Assembly: GCF_036321535.1 (NCBI RefSeq)
Contig: NC_087436.1
Location: forward strand, 62,436,001-62,500,000
DNA from: Camelus dromedarius
Lineage: Eukaryota
DNA: 64,000 nt
Direction of reading: 5' to 3'
Of the stretch, positions 37,462 to 51,495 are shown in pieces. Both the position numbers and the translations under genes were made by a program. Every line of letters starts with the position of its first letter. The stretch's first letter is position 1. The notes below the pieces were generated by a model, which saw only the letters and a program-made list of their open reading frames with translations, did not search any database and was not told where the DNA came from.

Positions 37462-38831
37462 AATCTCTTAGAAGAATCCAAAGCTTGTCAGAGAAAACAT
37501 TGTTCATCCAGGAGTAAGCTGAGAGGCGAAATAAAACAGTCAGTGTGAGAAAAGCAAAAGCCAACACCGGGAATCCAGAGTCTAGGTAGCATTTCTGTTG
37601 CTAAGTCAGTGTCTTCCTTCTGGAAAACTTTGATATTTGCGGGTATGGTTTCTGGCTTTTGAATATTATATAAGAGTGATTTTCAGAGTATACCTCTGTC
37701 ATCATTTCCCTTTGAAAGGCAGTTAAAATTTTATTTTAAATAGCATCAGATGACACCCTACATCAGTTTACTACTGAAAGACATGACTTCTTCTGCTCTT
37801 ATACACTTAAGAAGGAATATTAGTTTTTCAGATTTTGCTTTAAGAAATTATTGTTTTGCCCTTTGGCTTTTTTTGGGTGTACCTGTAGTCTCTTGGCATG
37901 ACATGTCCTTAGATGGCAATGTGACCTCAGCTATCAGATCTAATCAAGCCATATTTCAGAACATTAATTCAGCACAGTATTTTTAAAATTGTTTTGGGAT
38001 CATGTGTATATTATTTTAATATTTCCTCTACATCATTTTATTGGTGTTTTTTATTGCCTTTTGAAGTTGGAAACCCAATGTGCAAAGGGTGAGAAAGATT
38101 GGAAATCAGTAGTTTGGTGTTCCATTTTTTTATTGTCATAAACTTCAAGTTTCCTCCACTTACAAATATTTATGTAGAAATCTTGTAAGTGTTCCATTTT
38201 CCACAGGTCAACTTCACTAATTTAGTATTGAGTGTACACAACATCTCACCTCTTACAAACAGGTTTGCCAAAAGTAATTTCTAAAATATTCTAATTTCTT
38301 AAATAACTAAAATATGTTACATATGGTGAACAAGGATAATTTCTTTACAGATTGAAATAAAAATAAATGGATATTGAATTCCCTTCTGATTGCAGTATGT
38401 TTTGTCAAACATGTTTACGGTAAAAACCAAACCAAACCAAATCAAAACAAACAAACAAAAAAACCTTGTAGGTCTGCTAACATATCCTGAATTTTGACTT
38501 ACTGTCATCACCTGAGAGCCCCTCTTTACCTTTTTGTAAAGAATGAAAAATAAATTAGAGACAGAAAATATTGATTCTTCATTCCATTAAGTTAATAATT
38601 GTTCTGCTGAGGATATCGTACTTATTTAATGTGTTCAAACTAGAAAAGGGAAAAGAAAAATAAGTTTATTCTACTGACATGAATGCTAATGCAATCAGGA
38701 TCTATAACGCCAGACATAGCTAAACTAATGAACATAAGATAAAGAAGCATGAGATGGTAGAGACTTCAGAGTTCACTCACCCCATCTTCCTGGGCACTCA
38801 CAAGTAAGGTGCCTGGACCAGTGTCTTAAAC

Positions 38832-39035
38832 CAGGGTTCGACAAACATTTTCTGCAAAGGGCCAGATAGTATGCAGATGCTACAGTTTCTGCTGCAACTA
38901 CTCAGCTCTGATTTGTGGCACAGAAGCAGCCACAGAGAATATGAAAACAAACAAGGGTGGATTTTTTCCAGTGAAACTGTCTATAGGCAGTGAACCAGAT
39001 TTGACTCATGGGCCGTATAGCTTTCTCCTGCCCCA
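38832..39035. mobile_element. MER58A-like hAT-Charlie DNA transposon
   Basis: cagggttcgacaaacattttctgcaaagggccagatagta...gcaactactcagctctg...gcagccacagagaatatg...ccagatttgactcatgggccgta. Confidence 0.8.
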
Positions 39036-39854
39036 AACTGTTAAAAGTATTGAGCAATTAAAGTAAGCGACAAGAACTCAGAAGTTGGCTCCAAGATTTT
39101 TACATGATCTACTCTGAAACGTTACTCTTTTAACTTGAATTTGTAGTAGACATTAAATACTTGGGAAAGCAATTCTTTCAGAGAATGATCCTAAAGATGA
39201 TGAAATGTTGATTGCTGTGTAGGTAACAATAAAACTAATTTGGTATGCAGAGACTGGACATCATGATAACCAGATAACTTTGAAAGATGATTAGATTTGC
39301 TCACAAATGAGATCTGTAGGTTGCGTTCCAACTTGATGGGTGTGATTCAATCTGATGCCTCAAAATAATATGTTTTCTACATTTTCAGAGTCACTAATGA
39401 ATGCTGATAATTGCAAGAGTTAAGTCTATGAACTTCATTGAAGTTTTCTTAGAGAAAGGAAACAATAACTTGCTGCCTCTAGAGATACACTGCAGTGACA
39501 CAATACACTTGGGTCTGTCTGGCCAAGTTTTCTGAGACATTTATTCATTTGTTTTCCATTCTGGAAACAATATATTTAATTACAGATCTTTTCTCTGCTA
39601 CTATTGGTGTCCAGTTATAGTTACTGAGACCAATGAAAAGTTTAGCACAAGCGCAGATTACTGAAAGCTCAAGTAATACATATGTGGTATCATTTATGGT
39701 TTTCGTCTACTTAAATACTATTACTGTTTAATAGGGAGCGGTGTTATGAATAAAAAATTATTACAATAACATGAATATACTTTTTAGTGGCTAGAATACA
39801 AAATATAATATTATTAAATGTCACATCCATCTATGACAAAACAGTGCTATTATT

Positions 39855-40965
39855 CACTAAATTGACTAATATTTCATGAGAACTTACTATGAGTTAAGCA
39901 GTGTACTAATTGTCAACAAATCAATGAGATACTAGGCAGACAATGTTCACCCATGGACTTTAACTGTAAAAAAATTCCTTTAACTGTTGTATTTATACAC
40001 ACTTATAAGCTGTTATAAATGCTATAAAGTTAAAAAAAAAAAGATGGTGTTTGAGAAAAGTTTCTATGATTGAGAGAACTTAATATTGAAAGATAAAATG
40101 ATTAGCCATTCTAAAAGTGAGGAAAAGAGAATTAGAGACAGAGAATAAACAAATATGTGGAATCTTAGGCAGAAAAAGTATTCTGTCATGTTTAAGAGAC
40201 AAAATAAAGATAGCTCTCCCTGAAGAATTAAGGAGGAAGACAAGTTTGGAGAGCCAGCTAGTGAATAGATAAATCATCCTGATTCTTGTAAGTTGTGGTA
40301 AGGGACATTAGAGGGTCATATGTGCTGTGATGGAAGAAATGAATTGTGAGTATAGAGCCATAAGAAATCATAAGAAATGTTTAATAATAGCTTGCAAGAG
40401 TCTGAGTATGAGATGAGTAGACTCAAGTTATGTATTTGGAGACAGAATCAACAGGACTTTCTGATGAATTGAATGTGGGAGTTAATGGAGAGAGAGGAAC
40501 TGGGATTGTCAGGTTTTAGCTTTGAGAGGTGAACCCCATTGACTGGGATAAAGGTGAAAGGAAGATAAAAGAGTCTTGTTAAGCACTTCAAGAGATATAA
40601 TTTGGAGATATCAAGTGAGTTTAGAGCCCAGAAAAGAAGTATGCTGCTGGAGATCTGAGAATCATCAGTGTTGTACTTGATGTGAATGAAGAAGAGAATA
40701 GGGAGCAGACTATTTCTCAAATAAAAACATTTAGACATCATTTAGAGTAGAAGGAGTCAGCAAGAAAATTGAAAAAAAAAAAGTCATACAAGTCAAGTAT
40801 ATATTTTAAAAGAGAAAAAAATAGTCAGTTGTGCTAAATATTGCCAGAAGTTTTAGGAAATTGGGGGCAAAGAAGTGTCTATTGGATTTGGCAACAGATA
40901 GTTTATCGGTGATCAAAAAATCATTTTTAGTAAAGCAGTGTAGACAAAACCCTAACTTACAGTAA
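39855..40965 (-). mobile_element. L2 LINE
   Basis: Purine-rich tract with reverse L2 motifs caacaggactttctgatgaattgaatgtggg, gctggagatctgagaatcatcag, gtgtctattggatttggcaaca. Confidence 0.7.
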
Positions 40966-42029
40966 ATACAAGAAAAATTGGACATTCTCTGTTAAACATA
41001 GCAAATTGAATGCACACATTATTTTGACCCCTCCTGGAAATACCACTATGTGGGAGTAATGGATTTAAAAAGCCATCAACCCCAAATGATGACATGAATA
41101 AGAGATTAAATAACCATAGAATGAAATGTTATAAATGGAAACAAACAAGTGATAATTGTATTAGCACACTGGATACTGTTGAAGCTTTTACTGAGTAACC
41201 TAGATGAAAAATTTCTACATTCTATTTTTTTTAATTTATTTCTTTTACTTTTTGTTATTTGATTAAGCTTCACTTCCATAATTTTACATTCTCTGATTCA
41301 AGATTAATACAGCTCATTTAAGTTCCCATGAAAATGTCAAATTGCCAGATTATAAATGAGAACATTTTATCAGCATCTTTTCTGAGGCTAGGTCATGTAA
41401 ACTGCAGGATTCAGGGTTATAAATTGAAGTGGCCTGTAGGATCCGAGGAGATCATTGGGTTCAGATGAATGGGGTCACTCTCCTCTTCTATATGGAACAG
41501 CCAGGCACAATTTTAGGCCTAATGTTGCCAGGTCTTCCCACTTTTAAGGGAAACTGAAATCTGTGTTTTTTGTTGTTTTTGTTTTTGTTTTTATCTCATG
41601 TCATTCACTGATAAATGAGTGAGGTTCCCAACATATGTCTTTGTTCTTTTACTCATTAAAGTAAATTAATATATCAAGCAATATTCATGTTGGTACAGTG
41701 TTTTATGAATCACAACCCTAAGTTTGGTACAGATTAAAGAATCCTGCAGAAACCAATTAAAAGCATTCTGTGAGAATCAACTGCTATTTGGAATTCAAAA
41801 TTGAGTATTTCATGTCGTATTATTTGTAAGTTTCATACTACACATCTTTTACATTAATAAAATTTAAATCAAACATGCGTGCACATTTACATGCATACAT
41901 TTTGCCACAAAGCTGGTTATTAAATATTTACCAGCATGAAACTATTTGTGATGAAAAGATTTCTAAAGAATTCTACAAAACAGTGTGTAGGGGGAAGGTG
42001 GAGGAAAGAGGGATGAAAATGGCCCTCCA

Positions 42030-42950
42030 AATATAAGAAAAATCAGTGCTCAGTCCTGGAGATCAAATATCTAATCATGGGACTTCTGGAAAGAGAGAAA
42101 AGAGGGGAGCAGCTTATTAAAAAATAACAGAAGACTAGTTCTCAGAATTGAATGGACCCACTTAGAGCCCAATAAAGTGAATTTTAAAAGATACGCACCA
42201 AAGTGCATAACCAAGAAAGGCCAGAGCACCAGGATAAAGAGTAGTTTCTGAGAACTTCCAAAGAGAGGAAAGAATAACTAACAGACCACAATATGAAGGA
42301 ATACAAATGAAAATCATATTAATGTCTTGAGAGAAATACAGGTGATGCAAATTAAAATATAATGCCTTTAAAATTCTGATGGAATTTAGTATGCTAGCTA
42401 AATTATCTATTGGATATAAAGGAAATGTAAAGATATACTAGATGTGTAGCATTTTTCAAAACTTTCTCCTATGTACCCTTCCCCTAGAAGTCCCTGGAGA
42501 TGTGCTCCATGAAAATGAAACAAGATTGAGAAATAGGAAGATAATACATACAGGAAACAGTGGATCCAATAGAAAAGAGGGCAAAGGGATTTTATTAAAT
42601 AACAGGAAAACAAAACCCCAGAGAGACATCTGTGGGACAGACCTGTAGGCCACTGATATTGTTTGGAATAGGAGGATAGATAACTTTAGGATGCATATAA
42701 CCAGGAAGTAATCACACTGAAAAAAAAAGAATTGGACCGATGTTTTTGACTATTTTGAGAAAAAGTTTAAGCTGTTGGAGAGTTGGGAGAAAATCTACCT
42801 GGAACACATACAACAAAATGAAAATAAATTAGGTTTTTATGAATACTGGAAAAAATACAAAGACATACAAGAAGGGAAATGCAATCAAAATATACTGTGT
42901 GGTTGAGGTTAAACCTAAAATGTATGCTACTGATAATGATTTAACCAAAG
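42030..42950 (+). mobile_element. HAL1 / L1 ORF1-like remnant
   Basis: aatgcctttaaaattctga, ctggagatgtgctccatgaaaatga, caggaaacagtggatccaatagaaaagagggcaaaggga resemble HAL1. Confidence 0.7.
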
Positions 42951-44440
42951 TGGTATGTCCATGTATTCATTGAAGAGTACAACATACTCTAAATGTCACC
43001 TATTTTCCCCTGATATTTGCCCATTTTACTTTTAAAGCTTCACTTTTCACTGTGTCTCTTCTGGAATGACATTTCTTTTTTTTAATCAATCATTCCTCCT
43101 TGTTCAGTTCAGGCAAGCGTGTATGCAGACATGCACAAATGAAACACTTCTGCACAAATGTGTTTAAATTTTTCAGACACAAATTATCCTTGCTGGTTGG
43201 TCTAGAAACTGCTTACAATGGCATAAAGTTGTTCTTATTACCTTAACAAGTTTCCAAAATTGCTGCACTAGCCTTTGCTGGAGACATACTTTTAAATTTA
43301 ATGTAACCAGGCTATAATTACTCTAAATATTTTGAGAACAGTTTTTAAATATCTAATGTACAGAATTTATCCATAAGAATCTTCCTGCCTATTACTTAAT
43401 GAAATGTATGTAGGAATGAAAAATAAACACTGGCATTGTGGTCGTTGTAGCCTAGTATCAAGATAGCAGGCACAGAGCTATTTCTGTTTCAGGATGATTT
43501 ATTCAAAAGCTAGAGGCATTGTCAAGTATGTCTTTATAACTACTTAAGAAAAAGTGTCTATTACATTCACTTAAACATACCTACAGAATTTCTGGATTAT
43601 ATATTTCTAAAATACTTAGTCTTAGGTTGCTAATTTACATGTATTTATTTCATTTGTCCTACATTTATCTACGTGAAGTAATCAAATTGCTTTCCTCCTA
43701 TATACAGAAAGAAAAAATAATGGTAACCAAAACATTGTCATTTTGTTCCAGTTTGTTAGGTTTCCCTTCAAATGTAAATTCCTGAAAGTATTTGTGAAGC
43801 ATAAAGGCTTTAAATACAAATTCCAAAAGGAAATCTCTTTTGTTTTTAAAATCAGAGCAAGGAGTCCTTTGCTGTATCTTTTGCTTATCAGTACATGGTA
43901 ACTTATTTGTGTTTGAATTATCTAATAAAAAACCATTTTCCCAATCAGAATTAGTCCCACTCGTAATTAGTTGAGCTCCTTTGGTGCTGGTTCCATTATA
44001 CCTTTTGAATGCTAATTATGTTGCATTTGAAAAAATATATATTTTCACCTTTGTTAATGCTTTAAATTGTTCACTTTTGTTAAAAGCAGCTATCCATCTC
44101 TGGTAGTCTTTCCTATTGACTTTGATTATCTTTTATCGAAAAGTTTTTCCTTTCCTTCAATGCTTTGAACCCTTTTTTAGTTCTCTCCCATTATTTTCTT
44201 TTCTTTGGACCCATATTTTTTTAACCTATCTTATTCCTCTAATCACTTAATTAATTTGAGGTTTTACATGCCAGACTCCCAGAACCTTACTAAATGCTGA
44301 TCTTTGATATATAAGGGTTTTACTTTCTTTTTTCATAATTTGACATAGAAACACAAGAAAAGGAATTAAAATTGTTTGGAAAACATGTGTTTGAGATAAT
44401 GCTTTCCATGAGGTCTAGTGATTTGCAAGAAAATGTTCTG

Positions 44441-44890
44441 GTATATCAGTCAGGGTCCTGGCCATAAACAAATGGAACATCTGAGATGGGCCATTGGAAG
44501 ATTTTATTTTAAGGGGCTGTGTACAAAAACTATTGGAAAGTTGTGAGAAAACTTCAAAAGATAATGCAGTGACATTGGGCTGGGAACAGCAGCTCAAAAT
44601 TAACACTCTTCAGCCTTAAGTGAAGCAGAGGGAGTTGGGGATGTGTGGAGAAGGCTGCTTGGAGAGGGAGCTATGGCTCTTCAACCAGGGTTGCAGACAC
44701 TCAGCGGCAACACTGAGGAATACCTTGAATTCCGTTTTCTTTCTGATCTGCATTTGGTGTTTCCTGTTGGGCAGACATGATCTGAAGTCAGAGGGCCAAA
44801 GAGAGAAGCAAGTGCACATAGTCAGCTTCTAAGAGCACAGAGCAGAGTAGAGCATAGCTCTGAAAGGCAGGGAGGATTCTCGGGACACCA
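44441..44890 (-). mobile_element. LTR33-like ERVL solo LTR
   Basis: tatcagtcagggtcctgg...aaacaaatggaaca, ctgaagtcagagggc, gtcagcttctaagagcacagagcagagtaga. Confidence 0.75.
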
Positions 44891-45809
44891 AGCATAATTA
44901 TTATCCATCTGTTCTACTCTGTCCTTCTTTGTTACAAGTTATGTTAGCAAATTTAATAATGGGCATATTGTTTAAATATTTAAATATTTCATAAGAAATA
45001 GGTTTGGTGAAATTAACAAAGGTTTGGTGAAATTATGAATTTGTAGAATGAATTTCTACACATAATAAAAGTACATATAAGTATGTAAAATTTTTTTTAA
45101 ATGGATGAAATCAAGAAGAAAATGAAAGATTAACAATTGAGGTGAGATTCAGTTACATGGTGCTCAAAATTTCAATAATAAAATGAGTGAGCACAATTAT
45201 ATAGCAGCAATAACAATAATAATACATCTTTTAAAATTCATACTTTATGTAGTGTGCAACCTGTTCTTGAACTTTTATAATTGATGAAAATCTCTGTATG
45301 TTGCAAAAAGGAGAAATCATACAAGATATTTTCTAAATTACAATATAACTTTAATCATGGAGTTAATAAAATGATTATTTGGAAAAATTTTAAAACAGTA
45401 ATAGTGAAACTGATGGACCAAGGAAAATCAAAACTATAATTATATTTATTAGAAAATAATGATCATCTCGTCAAAATAGTATCCTTTTTCTTTACTTATT
45501 AACAAGAGTGTATTAAAGTGAAAAATTATGTTTTATTCAAGAGATTGAAATATAAACAATAAAGCAAACCTGAACTATGAGAAAAGGTAATAATGAAATA
45601 CAGAGTAAAAAATAATGAATCTGAAAAGAGAAAATTGATAGAATTACTATTTTCCAAAAGACAATGTGAAAAAAGATAATGAACAACTAGAATCAAGCTA
45701 GAATGTATGTACAATATATGTACATATAGATAAATATGTATATTTCTATACATATGCTGTTTACAGATATTTATATGTCATATAGTGTTGCTAGAAGAAA
45801 AATAGTATA

Positions 45810-45965
45810 CAGTTGTCCCTTGGTATCCACAGGGGATTGGTTCCAGGGGCTCCCACAGATAGCAAAATCCACAGATGGCCCTTATATAAAATGGCAAAAT
45901 ACAATACATACAGTTGGCCCTCTGTATCCCCAGATGTGAAACCCATGGATACGGAAGGACAACTG
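45810..45965. mobile_element. MER2/Tigger2-family MITE (TcMar-Tigger), 156 bp
   Basis: TIRs cagttgtcccttggtatcca / tggatacggaaggacaactg; TA target duplication at 45808-45809 and 45966-45967; ggggattggttccagg body. Confidence 0.9.
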
Positions 45966-46851
45966 TATGCACATATAATGATTAACATCCTAAAAATACT
46001 TATGTACTACTTTTTGTTAGTACTTTTTAAAGTCTTGATAAAATGTAACTATGATCAGAAAATACAAATTTCAGATCTGAGTAATCTTTCAAACTCCTGG
46101 TATCTGTTGTTATTGGTGATTTTTTATTATGGTGTCATGTTTTACATGCTTTCATGGATTTTTTTGTTATCATTCACTGCTAAAAATGTAAGTAGGGATT
46201 TCACAGGGCCCAGATAAAGTTATTTGTGTTTTCAGAGAGACTGCACTTGCTGCACCAAGTATACAGGGGCACATCCAGTCCCGTATCAACTTAACCTGAG
46301 CATATGACTTAAAGGTTTAATTGGATCCCGTAAGTATAATAAATTAGGACTGCAAAGGCCGCCTTTTGGCTCCGGTTTCTCTGGAACATACTTCTTTGTT
46401 CTATTCAACAACAAAGAAATTGTCTTCCACTCTCCTGGGGTATGTGTTTTGGAAGAATAATGGGTAGATTCCTAGTCAGAATTCTTGGCTGTTTCCTCTG
46501 TAGCTCACAAAATTTATCAAAACCTATGTTGTCTTATCTGTAATCACACTTTATTTTAGTTTATATCATGATGATTATTTGCTTCTTTTTCGTCTCTCTT
46601 TTTCATTTAATAATTTTTTTTTAATCCTGCATTTAAGTTGCTGTCAACAGGAGGATTGATCCCGGTAGTCTGCTGTATTTCCTGAATCATACATTACACC
46701 TTCCACAATATGTATCTGGGTTGGATGTTTACTGGAATTGCTTCAACCTACACTCTTGTCTTTACATCTGTTATTGAGCTATAAGTTGCCAGGACTCCCG
46801 ATTCTCAAATCCTGTGTAATTATATAAATATAATTATTCATAGCATCTCTT

Positions 46852-47252
46852 TTTTATTGAAGTATAGTCAGTTTACAATGTTTCATCAATTTCTGGTGAA
46901 TAACATAATGTTTCAGTCATGCATATACATACATATATTTGTTTTCATGTTCTTTTTCACTATAGATTACTGTAAGATATTGAATATAGTTCCCTATGCT
47001 TTACAGTATGAACTTGCTGTTTATCTATTTAAAATATAGTAGTATCTGCAAATCTCAAACTCTCGGTTTATCCCTTCCCATACTCTTCCCTCCATGGTAA
47101 ACCATAAGTGTGTTCTCTATGTCTGTGAGTCTGTTGTGGTTTTGTGAATAAGTTTATTTGTGTCTTTTGTTTTGTTTTGTTTTTATATTCCACACATAAG
47201 TGATATCATGATCATTCTAAGTGAAATAAGCCAGCAAGAGAAAGAAAAATAC
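46852..47252 (-). mobile_element. Young (camelid-type) L1 3' end with 5' inversion
   Basis: ttttattgaagtatagtcagtttacaatg... reverse L1 3' UTR; 47211-47252 is a forward-oriented L1 segment; perfect TSD catagcatctctt at 46839-46851 and 47253-47265. Confidence 0.9.
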
Positions 47253-48139
47253 CATAGCATCTCTTAATACTATTTTTTCCACTGTATGCCTTAGTATAAT
47301 TTATCTGATTCTGCTTCTCTCCAAACTGAACCAAACAAAATAAAATTCTTTTCTATTTTATTCTCAACCCATATATACAAAGACATGACTCAATATTCAC
47401 AATCACTTTCACTTCACTCCACATAGCCTTGAGAGAAAAATCACATAAACTTTTATAAATACAAGTATTCCCAGGAAAGGACACTGAGCCCTATTTTCCA
47501 ACTTTGGTCTTCTTACAACCAAAGATCTCATAGTGCTTGGCAGTATTTTGTCAGCCCAAAGTTGAAAATACTATGAATTTTTGCAGTTAAGTTGTTTTTT
47601 GAGTATTTTCGAATAGAATTAAAGAGAAGCAACAGCTGAGGAGACATTGATTCTACATAGTGTAGCCTAATTGCTAATAAGTTGAATTATGATTTATGAA
47701 TGTATAAATATATCAGAATTTTAACATATCAAGGCATGCATTATTTAATAGATAATTATTCTTTTTCAAAAGATATTGTTCTAGTAAATAAATTATATTT
47801 ACTTGGCACTCATTAGAAATAACGCATACTACAGGTTGTAAAATATTGACATTTTGTGAACACAGTTTTTAATAGCATTGTCAGGTATGAATACATTTTC
47901 TTCTATCTTGGAAATGTTGACTGGGTGAATTTTGGTGCTCTATTACTTAAGGACACTAAACAGATAAAATTGAATGCCTTATTTTAGTCATGATGATTAT
48001 TATTAAAGGGTGTGATATGCTCTGAATATATCTAAAAACTAATTCATTTAGTTAGATGTTTTTGAAAATTAAAATTAATCTGTAAATATTTTTTATTGTA
48101 AATGACAGTCCAAATTATACATATTTACCATTATTCTCT

Positions 48140-49100
48140 CCTAGATTATCAGTGAAATGAGAAAAATCCTCCATTAGGCAAATATTGGACAATTTGAATA
48201 TCAAAAGAATTAAGTACAAAAATGGTACATAAACAATTGTAAAAAATATATCAGTGCATGTATACCAGTACTCAAATAAATAAATACATAAATAAATATT
48301 TATTGATAAATAAGTATATATATGATGGATAGATAGAAAAATAGTTAGATGGTGGAGAAGGAAGGGCTTTTGCTTAGGGAAATATTTAAGGACAACAATT
48401 TATTTACTTAGTCATAGTGTAAGTATATGTAAGTATCCAGTAGAGATTGCATGAGACTGTGACTATATGAACAAAATTAATATCACCAGTGAGGGGTAAA
48501 TGAATATCATGTGTGTCCAGATATGATGTCCTGAGAACACAATGTCACTTATGGAGTGTTTTGTCCAGGGATACATAATCTGAATCTATTCATAGAAAAC
48601 ATCAAATAAACCCCAAATAATGAACTTTCTATTTTTCAGAAAAGCTTTTTCTTATAAATGCCACTAGAAAAAGTCACAAAAAGGCTCTCACTGTATTCCA
48701 GTGTAAATGAGACTAAAGAGACATGGCAACAAGTACAATCACATCCCCTGCACTGGAATGAAAAAAAAAAAAAATGAGAAAAGCACATGATGGGTTCAAC
48801 TGGAAAAAAATCAGAATATGGACACAAAGTATAATATCAAAAATTTCCTTGGTAACTCTATCTTAATTATGTAACAGTATAGCCCTATTCTTGGGAAATG
48901 CATGGTGAACTGTTACTTAGGGGTAAAGTGCCATGAAACTCAATCTTAAATTATTAAAAAGGAAATTAAATGCACACATGTGCGCACACACACACACACA
49001 CACATACAGAGTAATAAAGTAAATTAGGCAAAATATTAACAGTAGGTAAATCTGGGTAAATGATATGTGAGTATTCTTTAATTTATCCTTATTCATGCTA
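48140..49100 (+). mobile_element. L1MC-type 3' UTR
   Basis: atcaccagtgaggggtaaatgaatatcatgtg, atacataatctgaatcta, gagactaaagagacatggcaaca, ttaggggtaaagtgccatga, ggtaaatctgggtaaatg. Confidence 0.8.
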
Positions 49101-49299
49101 TCTTCTGTATTTTGCTTTTTTTTCCCCAAAATCATATGTATCCAGAGACACATAATTTTACTAGATATTTATCTTTGTATTAAAAAAGAAAAGAAGTGTA
49201 TTTTGGTCAGGAATCCTTTGCATATTTGCAAAGCTTGACTCTTCATTAACATATATATATATTTATGTAAATGAATTAATTCTAAAGTTTAGATATTAA

Positions 49300-51280
49300 A
49301 CATATATGGAGGAATTGGGGAAAAACACCTATACATTGAAATATATATATATATATATATTCCTCCCAAACTAAACCAAATGATATTAGAGCAATGGAGG
49401 AATTAAATTATGAAAATAGCAAGGATAAAAAACATTAAAACAATATAATGTAGAAACATTTTAATCTGTATATAAATAAAATGAATGATTTTCTATAAAA
49501 AAAATCTAAATATAATCTCAAAAAATAGAAAGTAGAATATAGCACTGATGTAAAAGTAAATTTAATATATATCACAACTGTCGACAATAAGGCAGAAGTC
49601 TAACAATAGTGCTTTTATTTATTTTGGAGGAGACACAGCTGAGCATTTTTACCAACCTTTGAGAAATACATTGTTTCTTTGCTATTTTAACTGTTCCAAA
49701 GAATAAAAAAGATAGAGATTCCAGTAAAAATGATACATGAGTTCATACTTCTGTAATCCTCTCTAAACACATAACTATGGCAGGCAAAATATAAAATGAA
49801 GAAAAACAAAAGCAGATAAGGTCAAATAAACAGTTAACTCTTTTGTGTGAAAAATAGAAAAAGAAGTCAATATGATAGACTCTGTGTGTGGAATTATACC
49901 TAGAAGGAAAGGAATTCTAGTTTCTGCTAGATGAAGAAGGTTAAAAATTGCCACATGAGAGGGGAAGAATGGGGTCCAGGTATCCTGTTCAGAGACAGAG
50001 CTAGAGTACCCTCCCTCCTTGACCTCTGCATCCATGCTACCTGATCATGTGGTGTCAAGTCACAATACTTACACACTTAGTGACATTATCCATGATAAAC
50101 CCAAATCACTGCAGGGCAGTAATTCTAAAGAGATTTTAAAAACGTGGTATCTGAGGAGGCAACTGCAAAAAAAGAGAGGTGATCCTAGAGGGGCAATAAA
50201 AGAAACTGAGAGATTTTTAAAAACCCCCAAATAGTTAAAAAAAAAAAAAGATCATCCACTCAAATGATTCAGCATAACAACATTCAAAACAAAATACACA
50301 ATAGAGAGAAAGCCAGAATATTATCAAAGCATAAATCCTATTATGTAAAAATTAATATAGAAAAATCTAAAATTAAATTTAAAATAAATGTACTGAAATT
50401 TTTTAAGGAGAGAAAGGAAGGGAACATTTTCATTTAAAAATAAGTCATTAATAAAACCTGGTTTGTGTAGAAGAGAAGCAAATGAAAACCAAGTCTGTGG
50501 AAATAAATCATGCAGCAAACAAGATAAATTTTCCATAGGACATAATCATAATGTAAATTCATAAATTGGAAAATGATAATAAAGAATTTGCCTAAAATGT
50601 AGCTCATCATGTCAAGGATAAAAAGATGAAAGGAATTAAGTAAAAACCTCATACTTCATATCAAAATCAGTGAGCCTTATTTAAAAGTACATATACTCAA
50701 AGAAAAAATGAATATGAAGTAACTAGTCATGCAGTGGAAGACTTTAGGAAAAAAAATAATGTGAAGACAAAATTAGTAGAATTAAAATCAATGAAATTAA
50801 AACAAAAAATGTAGAAAGTATGCCAAAAATCTATTTTCCTAAAAAAATCTCACAAATGAATCCCTTGCAAATTTGGTTAGAAATTAGAAATCACATATTA
50901 ACAAAAATGAAAAATGCAAAAGGGCAAGAATCACTATGTATGAAGTTCTAAAATTTGTAAGAGAATATTATATACAAGATCTTGACCATAAATTTGTACT
51001 CTAAGGGGCAGTGGCTGCTTTCCTGGCAAATCAAACTTATCCAAGAATACAGAGAATCCTTGGATAACCCACTGGAGATATTGAAAAGGTGATTAAAGTT
51101 CTACCATTTTAAAATAACCCTAGGAAAAGCCTCCAGAGCTGAGATCTACTGACCTTTAAAGAGTGGTGAAGTCTAAAGTTATTGAAAAATTACAGACCAT
51201 CAAAGGTAAAAATATCCTCACTGTAATTTTGAGGCCAGCCCCAAATAAACTCTGAGACCTTATGAAGTTACTACCAAAAA
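49300..51280 (+). mobile_element. Highly decayed L1M fragments
   Basis: Very A-rich tract with ORF2-like pieces (e.g. tttgtaagagaatattatatacaag, ttttaccaacctttgagaa). Confidence 0.45.
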
Positions 51281-51299
51281 ATCTCACTTTGAAATATAT

Positions 51300-51495
51300 A
51301 GAAATATTCAATCACTATGTTGTACACCAGGAACTAACACAGAGTTTTAAGTCAATTTTACTTCAGAAAACAAACAAACTCATAAGAAAAAGAAATTAGA
51401 CTTGTGGCTACCAGAGGCGGAGAGTAGGGGCAGGGTGGATTGGATGTAGGTCGTCGAAAGGTACAGACTTCCAGTTATAAGACAAATAAGTTCTA
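51300..51495 (+). mobile_element. L1 3' UTR fragment (L1MA9-like lineage)
   Basis: atcactatgttgtacaccaggaactaacaca...agacttgtggctaccagagg...aaaggtacagacttccagttataaga. Confidence 0.75.

Noticed and set aside
45736..46217. Cluster of overlapping ORFs on both strands
   Set aside because: Produced by the GC-richer, palindromic Tigger MITE.
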